From Octopus bimaculoides (lineage: Eukaryota), in assembly GCF_001194135.2 (NCBI RefSeq), contig NC_068981.1:140644007-140708006 (forward strand): a stretch of 64,000 nt of DNA. The letters are read 5' to 3'. Both the position numbers and the translations under genes were made by a program. Positions 1 through 12,640 of the stretch are shown in pieces; the stretch's first letter is position 1, and each line of letters starts with the position of its first letter. The notes beneath the pieces were generated by a model that had not been told where the DNA came from, did not search any database, and was given only the letters and a program-made list of their open reading frames with translations.

Positions 1-750
1 AACGACTGAAAAGAAGATTATGAAGCAGTAAACTATGCTATACTTTACATGGGAATGTTCGTTAAATTCCCTATTACATACTATATAAAAACTCACGTTT
101 AGGCTTGTACACGCGCGCGCACACGTCTACCCACACATATATAAGCACACGCCAAATATGATACAAACATGGCCCATTGTACTGTCCATCTACGACTATG
201 TATATTGACATGATATACACTTACTTGCACATATACTCACTTCATAGATTGAGAGAGTGTGAAAGACAAAGAATGAGAGAATTGGGAGACTGAGAGAGAG
301 AGAGAGAAGAGACACAGAGAGAGAGAAAGAGAGAGAGATAGAGAGAGAGAGAGAGGGGGGGGAGAGAATGCAAATAAAAAAGGAAAGAAATTCACAATGA
401 AAAAAACATGAAGTACATATAGAATCATACTAATTTCATTTGAATCAGCGGGGTATTTTGGGGAAATGAGTTCAAAGAAGATATTTGCTTTATAATGGTA
501 CTTCTCGAATGGCTTCATACTCGGAAGTTCTAATCTTCCTCACAGTCATCTGTGTATAAGTCAGACGAAATCTGCAGATATACATACATAGAGTATATCC
601 ACACATACGTACATCGAAAGACATGCGCCGATACATATAGTCACACACAAGCACACACAGAGACATACATGGAGAGAGGGAGGGAGACAGTGATAATTAC
701 ATAAACGGGTGCGCGTGCTTATTCACTGCAAATATATATGTGTGTATATA

Positions 751-781
<31 letters not shown>

Positions 782-2324
782 NNNNNNNNNNNNNNNNNNN
801 NNNNNNNNNNNNNNNNNNNNNNNNNNNNNNNNNNNNNNNNNNNNNNNNNNNNNNNNNNNNNNNNNNNNNNNNNNNNNNNNNNNNNNNNNNNNNNNNNNNN
901 NNNNNNNNNNNNNNNNNNNNNNNNNNNNNNNNNNNNNNNNNNNNNNNNNNNNNNNNNNNNNNNNNNNNNNNNNNNNNNNNNNNNNNNNNNNNNNNNNNNN
1001 NNNNNNNNNNNNNNNNNNNNNNNNNNNNNNNNNNNNNNNNNNNNNNNNNNNNNNNNNNNNNNNNNNNNNNNNNNNNNNNNNNNNNNNNNNNNNNNNNNNN
1101 NNNNNNNNNNNNNNNNNNNNNNNNNNNNNNNNNNNNNNNNNNNNNNNNNNNNNNNNNNNNNNNNNNNNNNNNNNNNNNNNNNNNNNNNNNNNNNNNNNNN
1201 NNNNNNNNNNNNNNNNNNNNNNNNNNNNNNNNNNNNNNNNNNNNNNNNNNNNNNNNNNNNNNNNNNNNNNNNNNNNNNNNNNNNNNNNNNNNNNNNNNTA
1301 TATATATATATATATATATATATGCAGATACATATGTATTATGTATAGATGTAGATATACATAGAGAGGTATATGCGTAGGTATCTCTGTCGCTTTCTCT
1401 CGCTCTCTCTCACCTTATGTATATATATACATATACACACACACGCATATATACATACATTGAATATATAAAAGCATATACATATTTCCGCGTGCGAATT
1501 GTATAGGTAGAGATATATTATAATTGTGCTGAAGTGGTTGTTGTATATGATGCTAGACATATTCTTTTCTTTACGTTTCAATTCTTATCCTGATTATTAT
1601 CTGCTTTTAACAACATGGCTTCATGACTTCATGATATTGAAGATATTTGAATCACGGCTGAGACGTTTCCCCCTCCCCTCCCCTTTATATTCTGTTTCTA
1701 TGTCCCCTTCTCTTTGCATTGCTACTCCTCTTCCAATGTGCGTATTTAACACCCACTTATTCTGTCTATGACTTTCCTACAGGCAAATATATAATAAATA
1801 ACTCCATACAGATACTTCAACACATATTACACACTTTCACATATAGTATATACATGTACATAGATCCATACAGTCATACGTGCATATACATACATATAAA
1901 TACATACATATATATATNNNNNNNNNNNNNNNNNNNNNNNNNNNNNNNNNNNNNNNNNNNNNNNNNNNNNNNNNNNNNNNNNNNNNNNNNNNNNNNNNNN
2001 NNNNNNNNNNNNNNNNNNNNNNNNNNNNNNNNNNNNNNNNNNNNNNNNNNNNNNNNNNNNNNNNNNNNNNNNNNNNNNNNNNNNNNNNNNNNNNNNNNNN
2101 NNNNNNNNNNNNNNNNNNNNNNNNNNNNNNNNNNNNNNNNNNNNNNNNNNNNNNNNNNNNNNNNNNNNNNNNNNNNNNNNNNNNNNNNNNNNNNNNNNNN
2201 NNNNNNNNNNNNNNNNNNNNNNNNNNNNNNNNNNNNNNNNNNNNNNNNNNNNNNNNNNNNNNNNNNNNNNNNNNNNNNNNNNNGTATATATATATGTATG
2301 TATATACACACACACACACACACA

Positions 2325-2373
<49 letters not shown>

Positions 2374-2398
2374 TTGATTCAAATTCGTTGGTATACAC

Positions 2399-2432
<34 letters not shown>

Positions 2433-2729
2433 ATATATATATACATATATATACGTATATGTGTGTATGTGTGTGCGTGCGTGTGCATGTGTGCGTGCAT
2501 GTGTGTATGCATGTTGTATATATATATACAGACATACATACAGACACACGCGCGCACACACATATATGTGCATGTGTATAACTCTTTTATTCACCGAGAA
2601 GCGCTATATGCATACATATATATATACACTCATATATACATATATATATATGTATATATATATATATGTGTATATAAATATGTATATATATATATGTATA
2701 TCTCTATATATTTGTATGTATATGTGCGT

Positions 2730-2923
2730 GTTTATTTGTCTATGTTAGGCCCCCTACCATCGCTTTACAACCGATGATGGTGTGTTCATGTCTATTGTAA
2801 CTTAACGGTTCGGCAAAAGTGACCGATAGAATATGTAATAGGCTTTCCATGAATAAGTCTTTGGGTCGATTTGTTCTACTAAATGCAGTGTTTCACCATG
2901 TCCGCAGTCAAACGACTGAAACT
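2730..2923 (+). mobile_element. 3' half of OR/CORE-like tRNA-derived SINE (family A)
   Basis: Aligns by eye to the 3' half of the full copy at 11091-11474 (...acaaccgatg...cggttcggcaaaag...gatagaat...ggtcgatttg...cagtcaaacgactgaaac). It is preceded by microsatellite and gaps. Confidence 0.85.
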
Positions 2924-3057
2924 AATATAGGAATGAAAGAATATGGTGTATACATTCAAACTATTTTTCTATGACAGATAGAGTACTTTGTTGTTAATCT
3001 TACCTTAACGGAATCGTAAACTATACATGTGTACGTACACATGTACTCATATGTGTA

Positions 3058-3105
<48 letters not shown>

Positions 3106-3531
3106 NNNNNNNNNNNNNNNNNNNNNNNNNNNNNNNNNNNNNNNNNNNNNNNNNNNNNNNNNNNNNNNNNNNNNNNNNNNNNNNNNNNNNNNNNNNNNNN
3201 NNNNNNNNNNNNNNNNNNNNNNNNNNNNNNNNNNNNNNNNNNNNNNNNNNNNNNNNNNNNNNNNNNNNNNNNNNNNNNNNNNNNNNNNNNNNNNNNNNNN
3301 NNNNNNNNNNNNNNAAGGAGTCAGAGTGACAGACAGAGAGACTGGCATATGTATATAATGATTTCATGTTATCAGTAGACTATCACTCGCTGTTATGCAA
3401 CGCTGTTCTGAATGCATCTCGCATTGTTTTACATTTCGAATGACACCACCCCACTGGCTTGGCAGGAAGTAAAACATTTCCCGTGAATGGAGCATCAGTT
3501 CTTCGCAGTATTACTCAATTTCAGGTGTATG

Positions 3532-3574
<43 letters not shown>

Positions 3575-4670
3575 TTTTTTTTCTTCGCACAAACACTTAT
3601 TTATACATACGAACGTATGTGTATTACTTGTGTTGTTTAACGCTCAGTTACAACGTGTAGGTGGACTAAAAAAGTAAAGTAAAAGCAGGCATATAAACCC
3701 ATTTTATTCACAAAACTTGTTATCCACACTCACTAAGATTTCTGAAATTCAGCACTGTCTCCGTTGTCTGGAATGTGGCAGGTCACACAAACATGGAAAG
3801 AAAGGCCAGTCTTATAAAATGTAGCCTTGGGGGACATTTTCCAAATATTGACTCTGAAGGAAAATGAAAGGTAACGAAATTCTGGTTATCAAATCAAGGA
3901 TAAAACCAAACGACTATACAAAAAAAAAAAAAAAAAAAAAAAAAAAATTAAGAAAATGTCTTTTAAGTTCCGAGACAGATAGGAAAACTATTTTTGTGCA
4001 CAAATGTAAATCGACTTTCATCTTCGTGTTCAACCTGAAAATTGAGATTTCCTGGACAGGCGGGTACGTTAGATGATAGATAAAAATGACCTCCGGAAGA
4101 AGTTGTCCATATTATTATATGTAGGTAAACTATGAGAGAGCGCGAGGAAGAGAGAGAGAGAGAGAAAGAGAAAGAGATAAAAATAGGGTAAAACAAAGAT
4201 TGTAAAACAGGGGATGAGATAGAAAAAGCAAACATAGTAAAAGAGAACGACAGCAACATAGAAACAATAGAAGGAAAGAAAGATATTGGAAGTTATTGAC
4301 AGAAAGAAGGAGAGAAGAGGAGAGGCAGACAGACAGAGAGAAAGACGGAAAAAAGAGGAGGTAAAAAAAACAGAGAGGAGGATGCTGAGAATGATAGTGG
4401 GAGCGAACATGTCTGTTCCAATGTGAAATGGCTGTGTACGTCAGAAACCTGAAATAAAAGTAAAAGTGAAAGTCGTGTACGTAATGAAAAGAATAGACAA
4501 AAACAGATATAGAAAAACCTATTTTATCTAGAGTCATTATTATTTCTAGGCTTGTAAAAATTCGCTATCGTTCGCGTAGGAAGCGACGGCGTGAAAGCGA
4601 AACCCACCGCTAAGAAACAACAAATATTAATCGAAGATAAATCTTCCAGCTGATAATATTTGGGACGAAG

Positions 4671-5044
4671 GGACTATGGCTGAGTGGTTAGGGCAGTGGA
4701 CACGCGGTCGTAGGATCGCTTTTTCGACTCCCATACCGGTTGTTGTGAATGTTTATTGAGCGAAAACACCTAAAGCTCCACGAGATCCCAACAGGATGTG
4801 GTGCGGACCCCTACTGTACTCTTTCACCACAACTTACTCTCACTCTTTCTCTCTGTTTCTATTGTAACTGTATTTCAAAGGGCCAGCATTGTCACACTGT
4901 GTCACACTGAATCTCTCCGAGAACTACGTCAAGGGTACATGTGTCTGTGGAGTACTCAGCCACTTTCACATTAATTTCAGGAGCAGACTGTTCCGTTAAT
5001 CGGATCAACTGGAACCCTCGTCGTCGTAACCGACGTAGGGCCAC
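4671..5044 (+). mobile_element. tRNA-headed SINE (family C), near full length
   Basis: A-box TGGCTGAGTGG and a degenerate B-box TTTTCGACTCC at the 5' end. The body is homologous to the inverted copy at 47051-47344. Confidence 0.8.
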
Positions 5045-5135
5045 GGTGACAAATATATGGGACACTAAGACGTCTTATAATTTAAATATATGCGTATGTA
5101 TAGGGTTAGTATTATAACCTTACAAGTTCAGTTAC

Positions 5136-5185
5136 CTCAGATCCCCTCCATAAAGACATTCATCAAGCTGTTTTTTGTTCATATT
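5136..5185 (-). other. Candidate 50-nt exon (unverified)
   Basis: On the minus strand ttacag|AATATG...GATCTGAG|gtaact. Only one frame is open (NMNKKQLDECLYGGDL). No homology recognised. Confidence 0.25.
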
Positions 5186-6130
5186 CTGTAATATATAAAA
5201 CATCAAATCAGTTAAAGATACCAGAGAAACGGTCAGGTTTTGCGAATCGTTAATTTATTCACTAGTTCGGTGAATAATTTCCGATATGACAAGTGTTATC
5301 TGAAACAAAATCCTATTTGGAAAAGTGATTTAGAATTTAAGGCAAATTTAACAAAATGTTTTGATCAGTGCGATCAATGGCTTAAACAGTGATAATTACT
5401 GTCTCATTATCGTACTTAAGATTTAAAAAAGAAATATTAAAATAACAATTGATAGGAATTTTAGTGATTCATCGTGTTCCAAAATTATTTTTCCATAATT
5501 GAAATCCAGTTATATGAAAAAAAAGATCAAAACAATTAACAAACACTGAAAATTTTAGATTCATATAGGAAGATAAATAAAAAAATTCATGTTTAAGTGC
5601 AATTAGTGCACTTCTATATGAAATGAAAGAATGCGTGGAATGTTTTTTTCCGACGGTTTCATTTACGATTATATTTGTTGTTAAAGAAATTCACTGCCTA
5701 CAAATTGAATTATACTGCAAGTGTTAGATATTATTCTGGCAATTGTACATTCATCGCAAAAGAGAACCTAACTTTTTGAGAACTGGAAACGCTACACGTG
5801 TGTTAACTGTAGACACAGATTCTGTTTAGCTATTTTCACAAAAGTTTGGGCTGGAACACTTCATAAATTACATATGCAATACATATATACACGCATACAT
5901 GCACACAAACATACATGTGCGTGCGTGTGTCTAATTACCGTCTATAATTGTATCGCTTAAAAGATTATGACAATACACAAGGCTTAATACATTTTACATC
6001 TGACCATAAACTTGATACTGGAATTTTCGATGATGCTTTGGTATCTTTTCACAGGCGTGCTATAATCTTCGTTTTATTTCACTAATATTCTTATATTCAT
6101 AATAAAGAAAAGATATCAGCATTTATCTTG

Positions 6131-6165
<35 letters not shown>

Positions 6166-6167
<2 letters not shown>

Positions 6168-6852
6168 AGCAAAAGAAAAATGTTTCTATGTCAATATGCT
6201 GAAGAAAAAAAACAACTTTAAACCGTCTAACCGCATAAAATATTCTTCACTATAATTACACAGCGTGCTGAATCCAGGAAAGCAAGCTAACAGAACTTTT
6301 TTAAAAATTCATTATTCCCGCATCAGACCGATTTCTGGATTAATCCACAAGGAATCATCCTTCTTCAGCGAGAAACACGACTAAAAATAAATAGAACACA
6401 CATATACCCACGGAAAAAAGCAGATGCGAAATCACGAGTACATCGACGTGCCCGACATATATCCAAACAGAAATTCTGTAGCAAGCCTAATCACACGTGT
6501 AGATGGCCTGGAAAACTCAAGTAAAGTTGTTACCAGTCCCGAAGTGAATGGTAATAAATTTACTTCTAAATTTAGGATAAAATTGTTCAAATAATTCTAT
6601 CAGTGGCGATCATATTAAAATGCCTGTCAAGGAGAAAATATAAGCAAATATAAATAAGGGCAAAAGAAAAACATTCCTGTGTGAATATGCTGAAAAATAG
6701 ACCTTAAACCATCTAACCGCATACAATACATTTCACTATAAATACACGCTGTGTATTTATAGTGAACAGAATTTATAGCTAACAGAAATTTAAAAAATTC
6801 TTTGTTCCCGAATCGGACCGATTTCTGGATGAATCCACAAGGATTCGTCTAT
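6166..6852 (+). repeat. Diverged ~200-bp direct duplication (6166-6362 and 6657-6852)
   Basis: Shared blocks gcaaaagaaaaa, aatatgctgaa, tctaaccgcata, ttcactata, gctaacagaa, accgatttctggat and aatccacaagga occur in the same order. Confidence 0.75.
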
Positions 6853-7180
6853 TCGTGTGCCGAGGCTTGCTACACAATGTCTGTTACTGAATGGCACGAG
6901 GAACATTCTAGTGGTGCATATTAGAAAAACAAGTAAGGTGTCAATTCAAACTTTGTAGGAGTCCATAAGTCATAGAATTTAAGGTGTAATTACTGATAAA
7001 GGCGGTCCTACACCATATTAAAATAAATTTGTTTGAAATATTAAGGTGTTTCCATTATATTGTCCAACCTCTGTATATATACATAAATCCATACATACGT
7101 GTTCTTCTATATATGTATACATACATACAAATATATATATATATTCTTTCTACGTCTTCCCTTCTTTGGACTTTTTCTAT

Positions 7181-7215
7181 ATTTCTGATGAAGAGCTCCG
7201 CTCGAAACGTGAAAT
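7181..7215 (+). ncRNA. Minimal type I hammerhead ribozyme-like motif (probably inactive, G at position 17)
   Basis: ATTT-CTGATGA-A-GAGC-tcc-GCTC-GAAAC-GT-G-AAAT. The core, stem II, loop-less stem III and stem I are all visible. Confidence 0.6.
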
Positions 7216-7829
7216 GCTCTCTTTTCTTTCCTTTCCTGATCGTACAATACCACTGTACTTATTCCACGTCCTCACGTTGTTGTTTTTCCATGTTTTTCCT
7301 TGCTTGTTCATGTTTGGATTGACTANNNNNNNNNNNNNNNNNNNNNNNNNNNNNNNNNNNNNNNNNNNNNNNNNNNNNNNNNNNNNNNNNNNNNNNNNNN
7401 NNNNNNNNNNNNNNNNNNNNNNNNNNNNNNNNNNNNNNNNNNNNNNNNNNNNNNNNNNNNNNNNNNNNNNNNNNNNNNNNNNNNNNNNNNNNNNNNNNNN
7501 NNNNNNNNNNNNNNNNNNNNNNNNNNNNNNNNNNNNNNNNNNNNNNNNNNNNNNNNNNNNNNNNNNNNNNNNNNNNNNNNNNNNNNNNNNNNNNNNNNNN
7601 NNNNNNNNNNNNNNNNNNNNNNNNNNNNNNNNNNNNNNNNNNNNNNNNNNNNNNNNNNNNNNNNNNNNNNNNNNNNNNNNNNNNNNNNNNNNNNNNNNNN
7701 NNNNNNNNNNNNNNNNNNNNNNNNNNNNNNNNNNNNNNNNNNNNNNNNNNNNNNNNNNNNNNNNNNNNNNNNNNNNNNNNNNNNNNNNNNNNNNNNNNNN
7801 NNNNNNNNNNNNNNNNNNNNNNNNNNNNN

Positions 7830-7861
<32 letters not shown>

Positions 7862-8628
7862 CACAGATGCATACATACATACCTACATACCTACATATAC
7901 ACACGCATTTCCAGTAAATTTTCATATAATAATATGCACATCGTCTTTGAACATTTCTGCTGTTAAACGTTATTCCATCTTAAAGGAGATATGTGTTAAT
8001 ATTAGGTAACTTAGTGTCAAGGTAGTTCTGTGTTACGTAACCAATTATTCGTTGTTAGTTTTCTATGGGTGTTGAAGACGGAATTCTCATTATTAATGTT
8101 AAACCAATTAGATAGCTTCCCAGTCTTAGTGTCTGCCTTGTACTGAAGTTATTTTTTTCTCAGTGTGCATCGTTTCACAGATGCGCCACTTACATACATT
8201 TTCTCACAGTCTTTTTTTCTTTTTTTCTATCTTTTTTTTTTTTGCTTTGTCTTGACATATATTCCATACGTACCTCATGGTGGTCTGTTAACTCAAATTC
8301 CAATCCATTTCCGTCTTTCTCAATCTCTATCTCTGTATGTTACTCGCGATTGCAGTGAATGGCCCTCGGTTGTCTGCTATTCGCATCTAGAAACTTCCTG
8401 ATAAAGTTTTGAAGAGCTCTATTCAACGGTAATACATGTGATCTCAGTTAAAAGGAACGGAGTCTAACACTTGACGACGAACAATTATCTAATTCATATT
8501 GTCAGCATCAGAGAACAGACAGACATACTCTCGGGCACAGCCAAACAGACATAGATATATTATTGTGCATCACTATATGTACGCATTTTACATGTTTCAC
8601 ACACACGCACGCACATACACACACACAA

Positions 8629-8707
<79 letters not shown>

Positions 8708-8927
8708 NNNNNNNNNNNNNNNNNNNNNNNNNNNNNNNNNNNNNNNNNNNNNNNNNNNNNNNNNNNNNNNNNNNNNNNNNNNNNNNNNNNNNNNNNNNNN
8801 NNNNNNNNNNNNNNNNNNNNNNNNNNNNNNNNNNNNNNNNNNNNNNNNNNNNNNNNNNNNNNNNNNNNNNNNNNNNNNNNNNNNNNNNNNNNNNNNNNNN
8901 NNNNNNNNNNNNNNNNNNNNNNNNNNN

Positions 8928-8965
<38 letters not shown>

Positions 8966-10567
8966 GTGTGTATGTATGTATGTATGTATACGTATATATA
9001 TCAAGAAAATGTAAGAAGTTACGGAATAGGATATCAGATTTCTAATACAGAATTCATGCTAGAACCTTTAGATACAGAGGTTATATAAGTCATTACATAC
9101 ATAATTTTACTTGAGCGTGTGTGATGTTTTTTCCTCTGTGTCTATATGTGCGTGTATATTTGGGTTTATAGAAATGAGAAACGAACTGAGTGTAGCGCAA
9201 AATAATTTAAAGTAGAGACACCCGAAAATTCATCTGTGGTCTACGAATAGTGCGAGAACGATAGAAACATTAATTTTCGGTAAAATGTGAAAACAGTTAG
9301 TCATAAACAAAGGAAAAGATCAGAACAGAGTAAAAACAGTATCACCAGCACGCATTTCTAATTCTCATCGGTAGGATTCGGTAATCGCAGATTAACGACT
9401 GCATAGCCTGCTACAGTCTGTAGATTTATAGAAAAAACTTTGGTTAGTGTATTGAACAGTAAAGCTGTACAAGAAGAAATTATTGGGACGACGCAATACT
9501 TTCATAAGAATAAAAAGTTGTGGAAAGGATTAAGAAAAATTACGTACATAAATATTGAAATCTGTCGAATTATGAAAAAATGGTAAAGAAAATAATTCTC
9601 GCATCTGATATATATGTTGCTCTGGAGTTCCCACTGACACACACACACATATATTTATATGTGTGTGAGTGTAAGTGTGTGTAGTGCGTGTGCGTGCATG
9701 CATCCATGTGTGTATATGTGTATGTCTGCGTGTATTTGTTCAGGTCCTTTGCGCGCTCTTATGGATAGACTCCCAAGTATAGAACTTTACTAGTAATTCA
9801 GCTTCTATAATTGTACGTTACAAAATCTAATGTGGTATCGAAAGAGTAGCTGTGCTTTCCATAGCGTGTTGTCTTCGAAGTGAATTCTCTAGACAAGGAA
9901 ATTTCAAGACATAGATCAGTGTTCTACTTTTATTATAAAGACTAAAAAGTTCTGAATATATTACATTTTATTAAGTTGTATGTAAAATCTATCACGCATT
10001 GTCCAGTTCTTTTATAATCAACAGTCACGGACTGGTAAGTAAACATACAGTTAATTGAGTAAATTGATTGAAAGCATGCTCATACAGTCATTAGTTTGCT
10101 TTCAAAAGTAAGAAAATGAAGATGTATAGCACGCATTAAAGTGTTTTCAGATTCATGACGTTTACTTTTACAATGATATAAACTAAAGTACTAAAAGAGC
10201 AATCAAACAATTAATTAATGTAAGTAATTAAAATATCTAAAGAAAATAATTAAGAATTAGAACACAGTAAGAAAACAAATATGTACTGAGTGACTCTATA
10301 TATGTTTTCGATATTTCTTTGTCAATATAATGTTATGAAGTGTCTGAACGTTTCATAACCGTAAAAAATATATATATAATTCGAATACCACGAACATAAC
10401 GGAAATATAGTAAACAATTCTATATTAAATATAATGATCTCTTAATTTCGATTAAACTTTTTTCTGGTTCATCTCCATTAAAGCAGATCACATTTATTTC
10501 ATCGTTATTCCGACATTCCCTGCTGATGTCTTCCATGATGCTTGGAATAAAAGTTATTTGTTTGCAG

Positions 10568-10641
10568 TATTTTCTACTCCCATACACCTCCAGGCTACGA
10601 TGTCTTTAAACAAGCGATCAAAAGATTCAACCTATTAAACA
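10568..10641 (+). other. Candidate 74-nt exon (unverified)
   Basis: ttatttgtttgcag| acceptor and |gtaagt donor. One open frame reads IFYSHTPPGYDVFKQAIKRFNLLN. No homology recognised. Confidence 0.3.
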
Positions 10642-10835
10642 GTAAGTCAACACAGACCTAAGATAAAACAAAAAAAAAAACAAACAAACAAAAAAACAAA
10701 CAAACAAAAAAAAACAAACAAACAGAAATCAGAATATAATTTGAAACGGAAAGAAAGCGAATGGTATATTTATTCATTGCATTGATACCATTAACGATAC
10801 CCCTCAAACGTTTCAAATCCTACATACTTTGACAG

Positions 10836-10865
10836 ACGATGAGTTATTCAAATGTTCTTGAAGAT
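10836..10865 (+). other. Candidate 30-nt exon with ATG (unverified)
   Basis: tactttgacag|ACGATGAGT...GAAGAT|gtgagt. The open frame reads (T)MSYSNVLED. Confidence 0.25.
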
Positions 10866-11090
10866 GTGAGTCATTGAAGCGCTATACCATTTTGCCTTCC
10901 AAAATCGGCGTTAAGGCCATGTGTGGCTTTCACGTAAAATGAAACTATTGAGATAACATTACTTGGTTACTTTAAGGCGCTTATATGTGATTCAAATTTG
11001 TAATCATTCAGGTAATAGAATAAAATTTGTTCGACGGAAGACTATGGAGCGAAAATTATAAGTAATAATGGTATGTAATTAAAAATGGAC

Positions 11091-11474
11091 AGGCGTAGGA
11101 GTGGCTGTGTGTAGCTTGCTTACGAACCACATGGTTCCGGGTTCAGTCCCACTGCGTGGCACCTTGGGCATGTGTCTTCTACTCTAGCCTCGGGCCGACC
11201 AAAGCCTTGTGAGTGGATTTGGTAGACGGAAACTGAAAGAAACCCGTCGTATATATGTATGTATATATGTATGCTTGTGTGTATGTGTTTCTCCCCGCAA
11301 AATCGCTTGACTACCGATGCGGGTGTGTTTACGTCCTTGTAACTTAGCGGTTCGGCAGAAGAGACTGTTAGAATAAGTACTAGGCTTATAAGGAATAAGT
11401 CATGGGGTCGATTTGCTCGACTAAAGGCGGTGCTCCAGCATGGCCGCAGTCAAATGACAAACAAGTAAAAGAGT
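11091..11474 (+). mobile_element. Full-length OR/CORE-like tRNA-derived SINE (family A) with internal (TA/TG) microsatellite
   Basis: tRNA-like head (gtggctgtgtg...gggttcagtccca), CORE-like gcaccttgggcatgtgtctt, central microsatellite, and tail ggcggtgctccagcatggccgcagtcaaatga. Many homologous copies lie in the window. Confidence 0.9.
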
Positions 11475-11779
11475 AATTAAATAGTAATTAACAAAGTAGT
11501 GTTTATTGACCTCACTATAATCAAATTAAATAAAATTATTAAAACGTAATTAGAATTTAAACTAAAATCTCTTACGAGATTAACTAGCAGTGGGATGATT
11601 TTAGATTGTTACAAAGCAGATATCTGTCATTAACAATATATAAAATTAATTAAATATTACAGTGTGATAGTTAAATAGATAGTGTCTTATATATTATCGT
11701 ATGACAATAAGGTGAACCAAAAAGTAGTTTATATTTCGAAGTTGCATAATTCCGTTCACAGTTTACACATATTTGTTTC

Positions 11780-12640
11780 GGAATATTATTGTATACCCAA
11801 ATATAACCATCATATTACCTGGGAGAAGTGACATAGCAAAGTTGCAGAAGATTACAGAAGTTCACACCGGAAATTTTGATATTGCAAATAATAGTAAATC
11901 AAACGAAGATAATTAAAATTTTCAACGCTTGGGCAATACCAATATTGAAACAGTGTACAACATTACTTCAGGAAACTAAAAACAAATGAACTGAAGAGGT
12001 TTATCGAACAATAATCTAAATATGCGTATCGTTGTTAGGAAACTGCACCTATCAAGAAAGTAGAGAAAGAATGGAATACTTAATACAATATACACGGTAC
12101 AGTTAACAATTATTGAATTCGAGATGTACGTTAACAAATTGAAGAAAAGCGTATTTACGCATCCAGGAAAATAAATACCAAATACAAGATAGCATTAAAA
12201 CCGTTAGAATCAAAATAGGAAAATTAGATGTCGGAAAGCATCAAGAAAATATGTTACAGATATAATCTGACAGACAAACGAAAGGCAAATGGAATAAATG
12301 GTCATCTCAGCTGAAATATGCAGATGATGAGAGAAACGAAATTCTGATTAATGATTATTGACGACAAAGCAGGGAAGACAACAATTATTGTTAATATATA
12401 AAGAGAGAATATCCAGCACGATCCTGACAATAGGACAATTGTCAAAACAGGTGGTATTCACTACCTTATGGAATATAAATGTTGCTATATTACATATGCA
12501 GAAGACAGAGTCACAACGACGTCAAAATCTGGAAAGAGATTATAAAATGTGGATATTGAAAAAAAGAAACTAATTAACATGACAATAAAGAGGATTACCT
12601 TGTCAATAAGAACAACAAAGTCTACTGCGACGATGTTGAT
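11780..12640 (+). mobile_element. Heavily decayed R4/Dong-like non-LTR retrotransposon fragment
   Basis: Manual translation gives TKIIKIFNAWAIPIL, resembling the post-RT NKIxAINTWAIPVL motif of R4/Dong ORFs. Fainter downstream similarity is interrupted by many stops and frameshifts. Confidence 0.4.
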
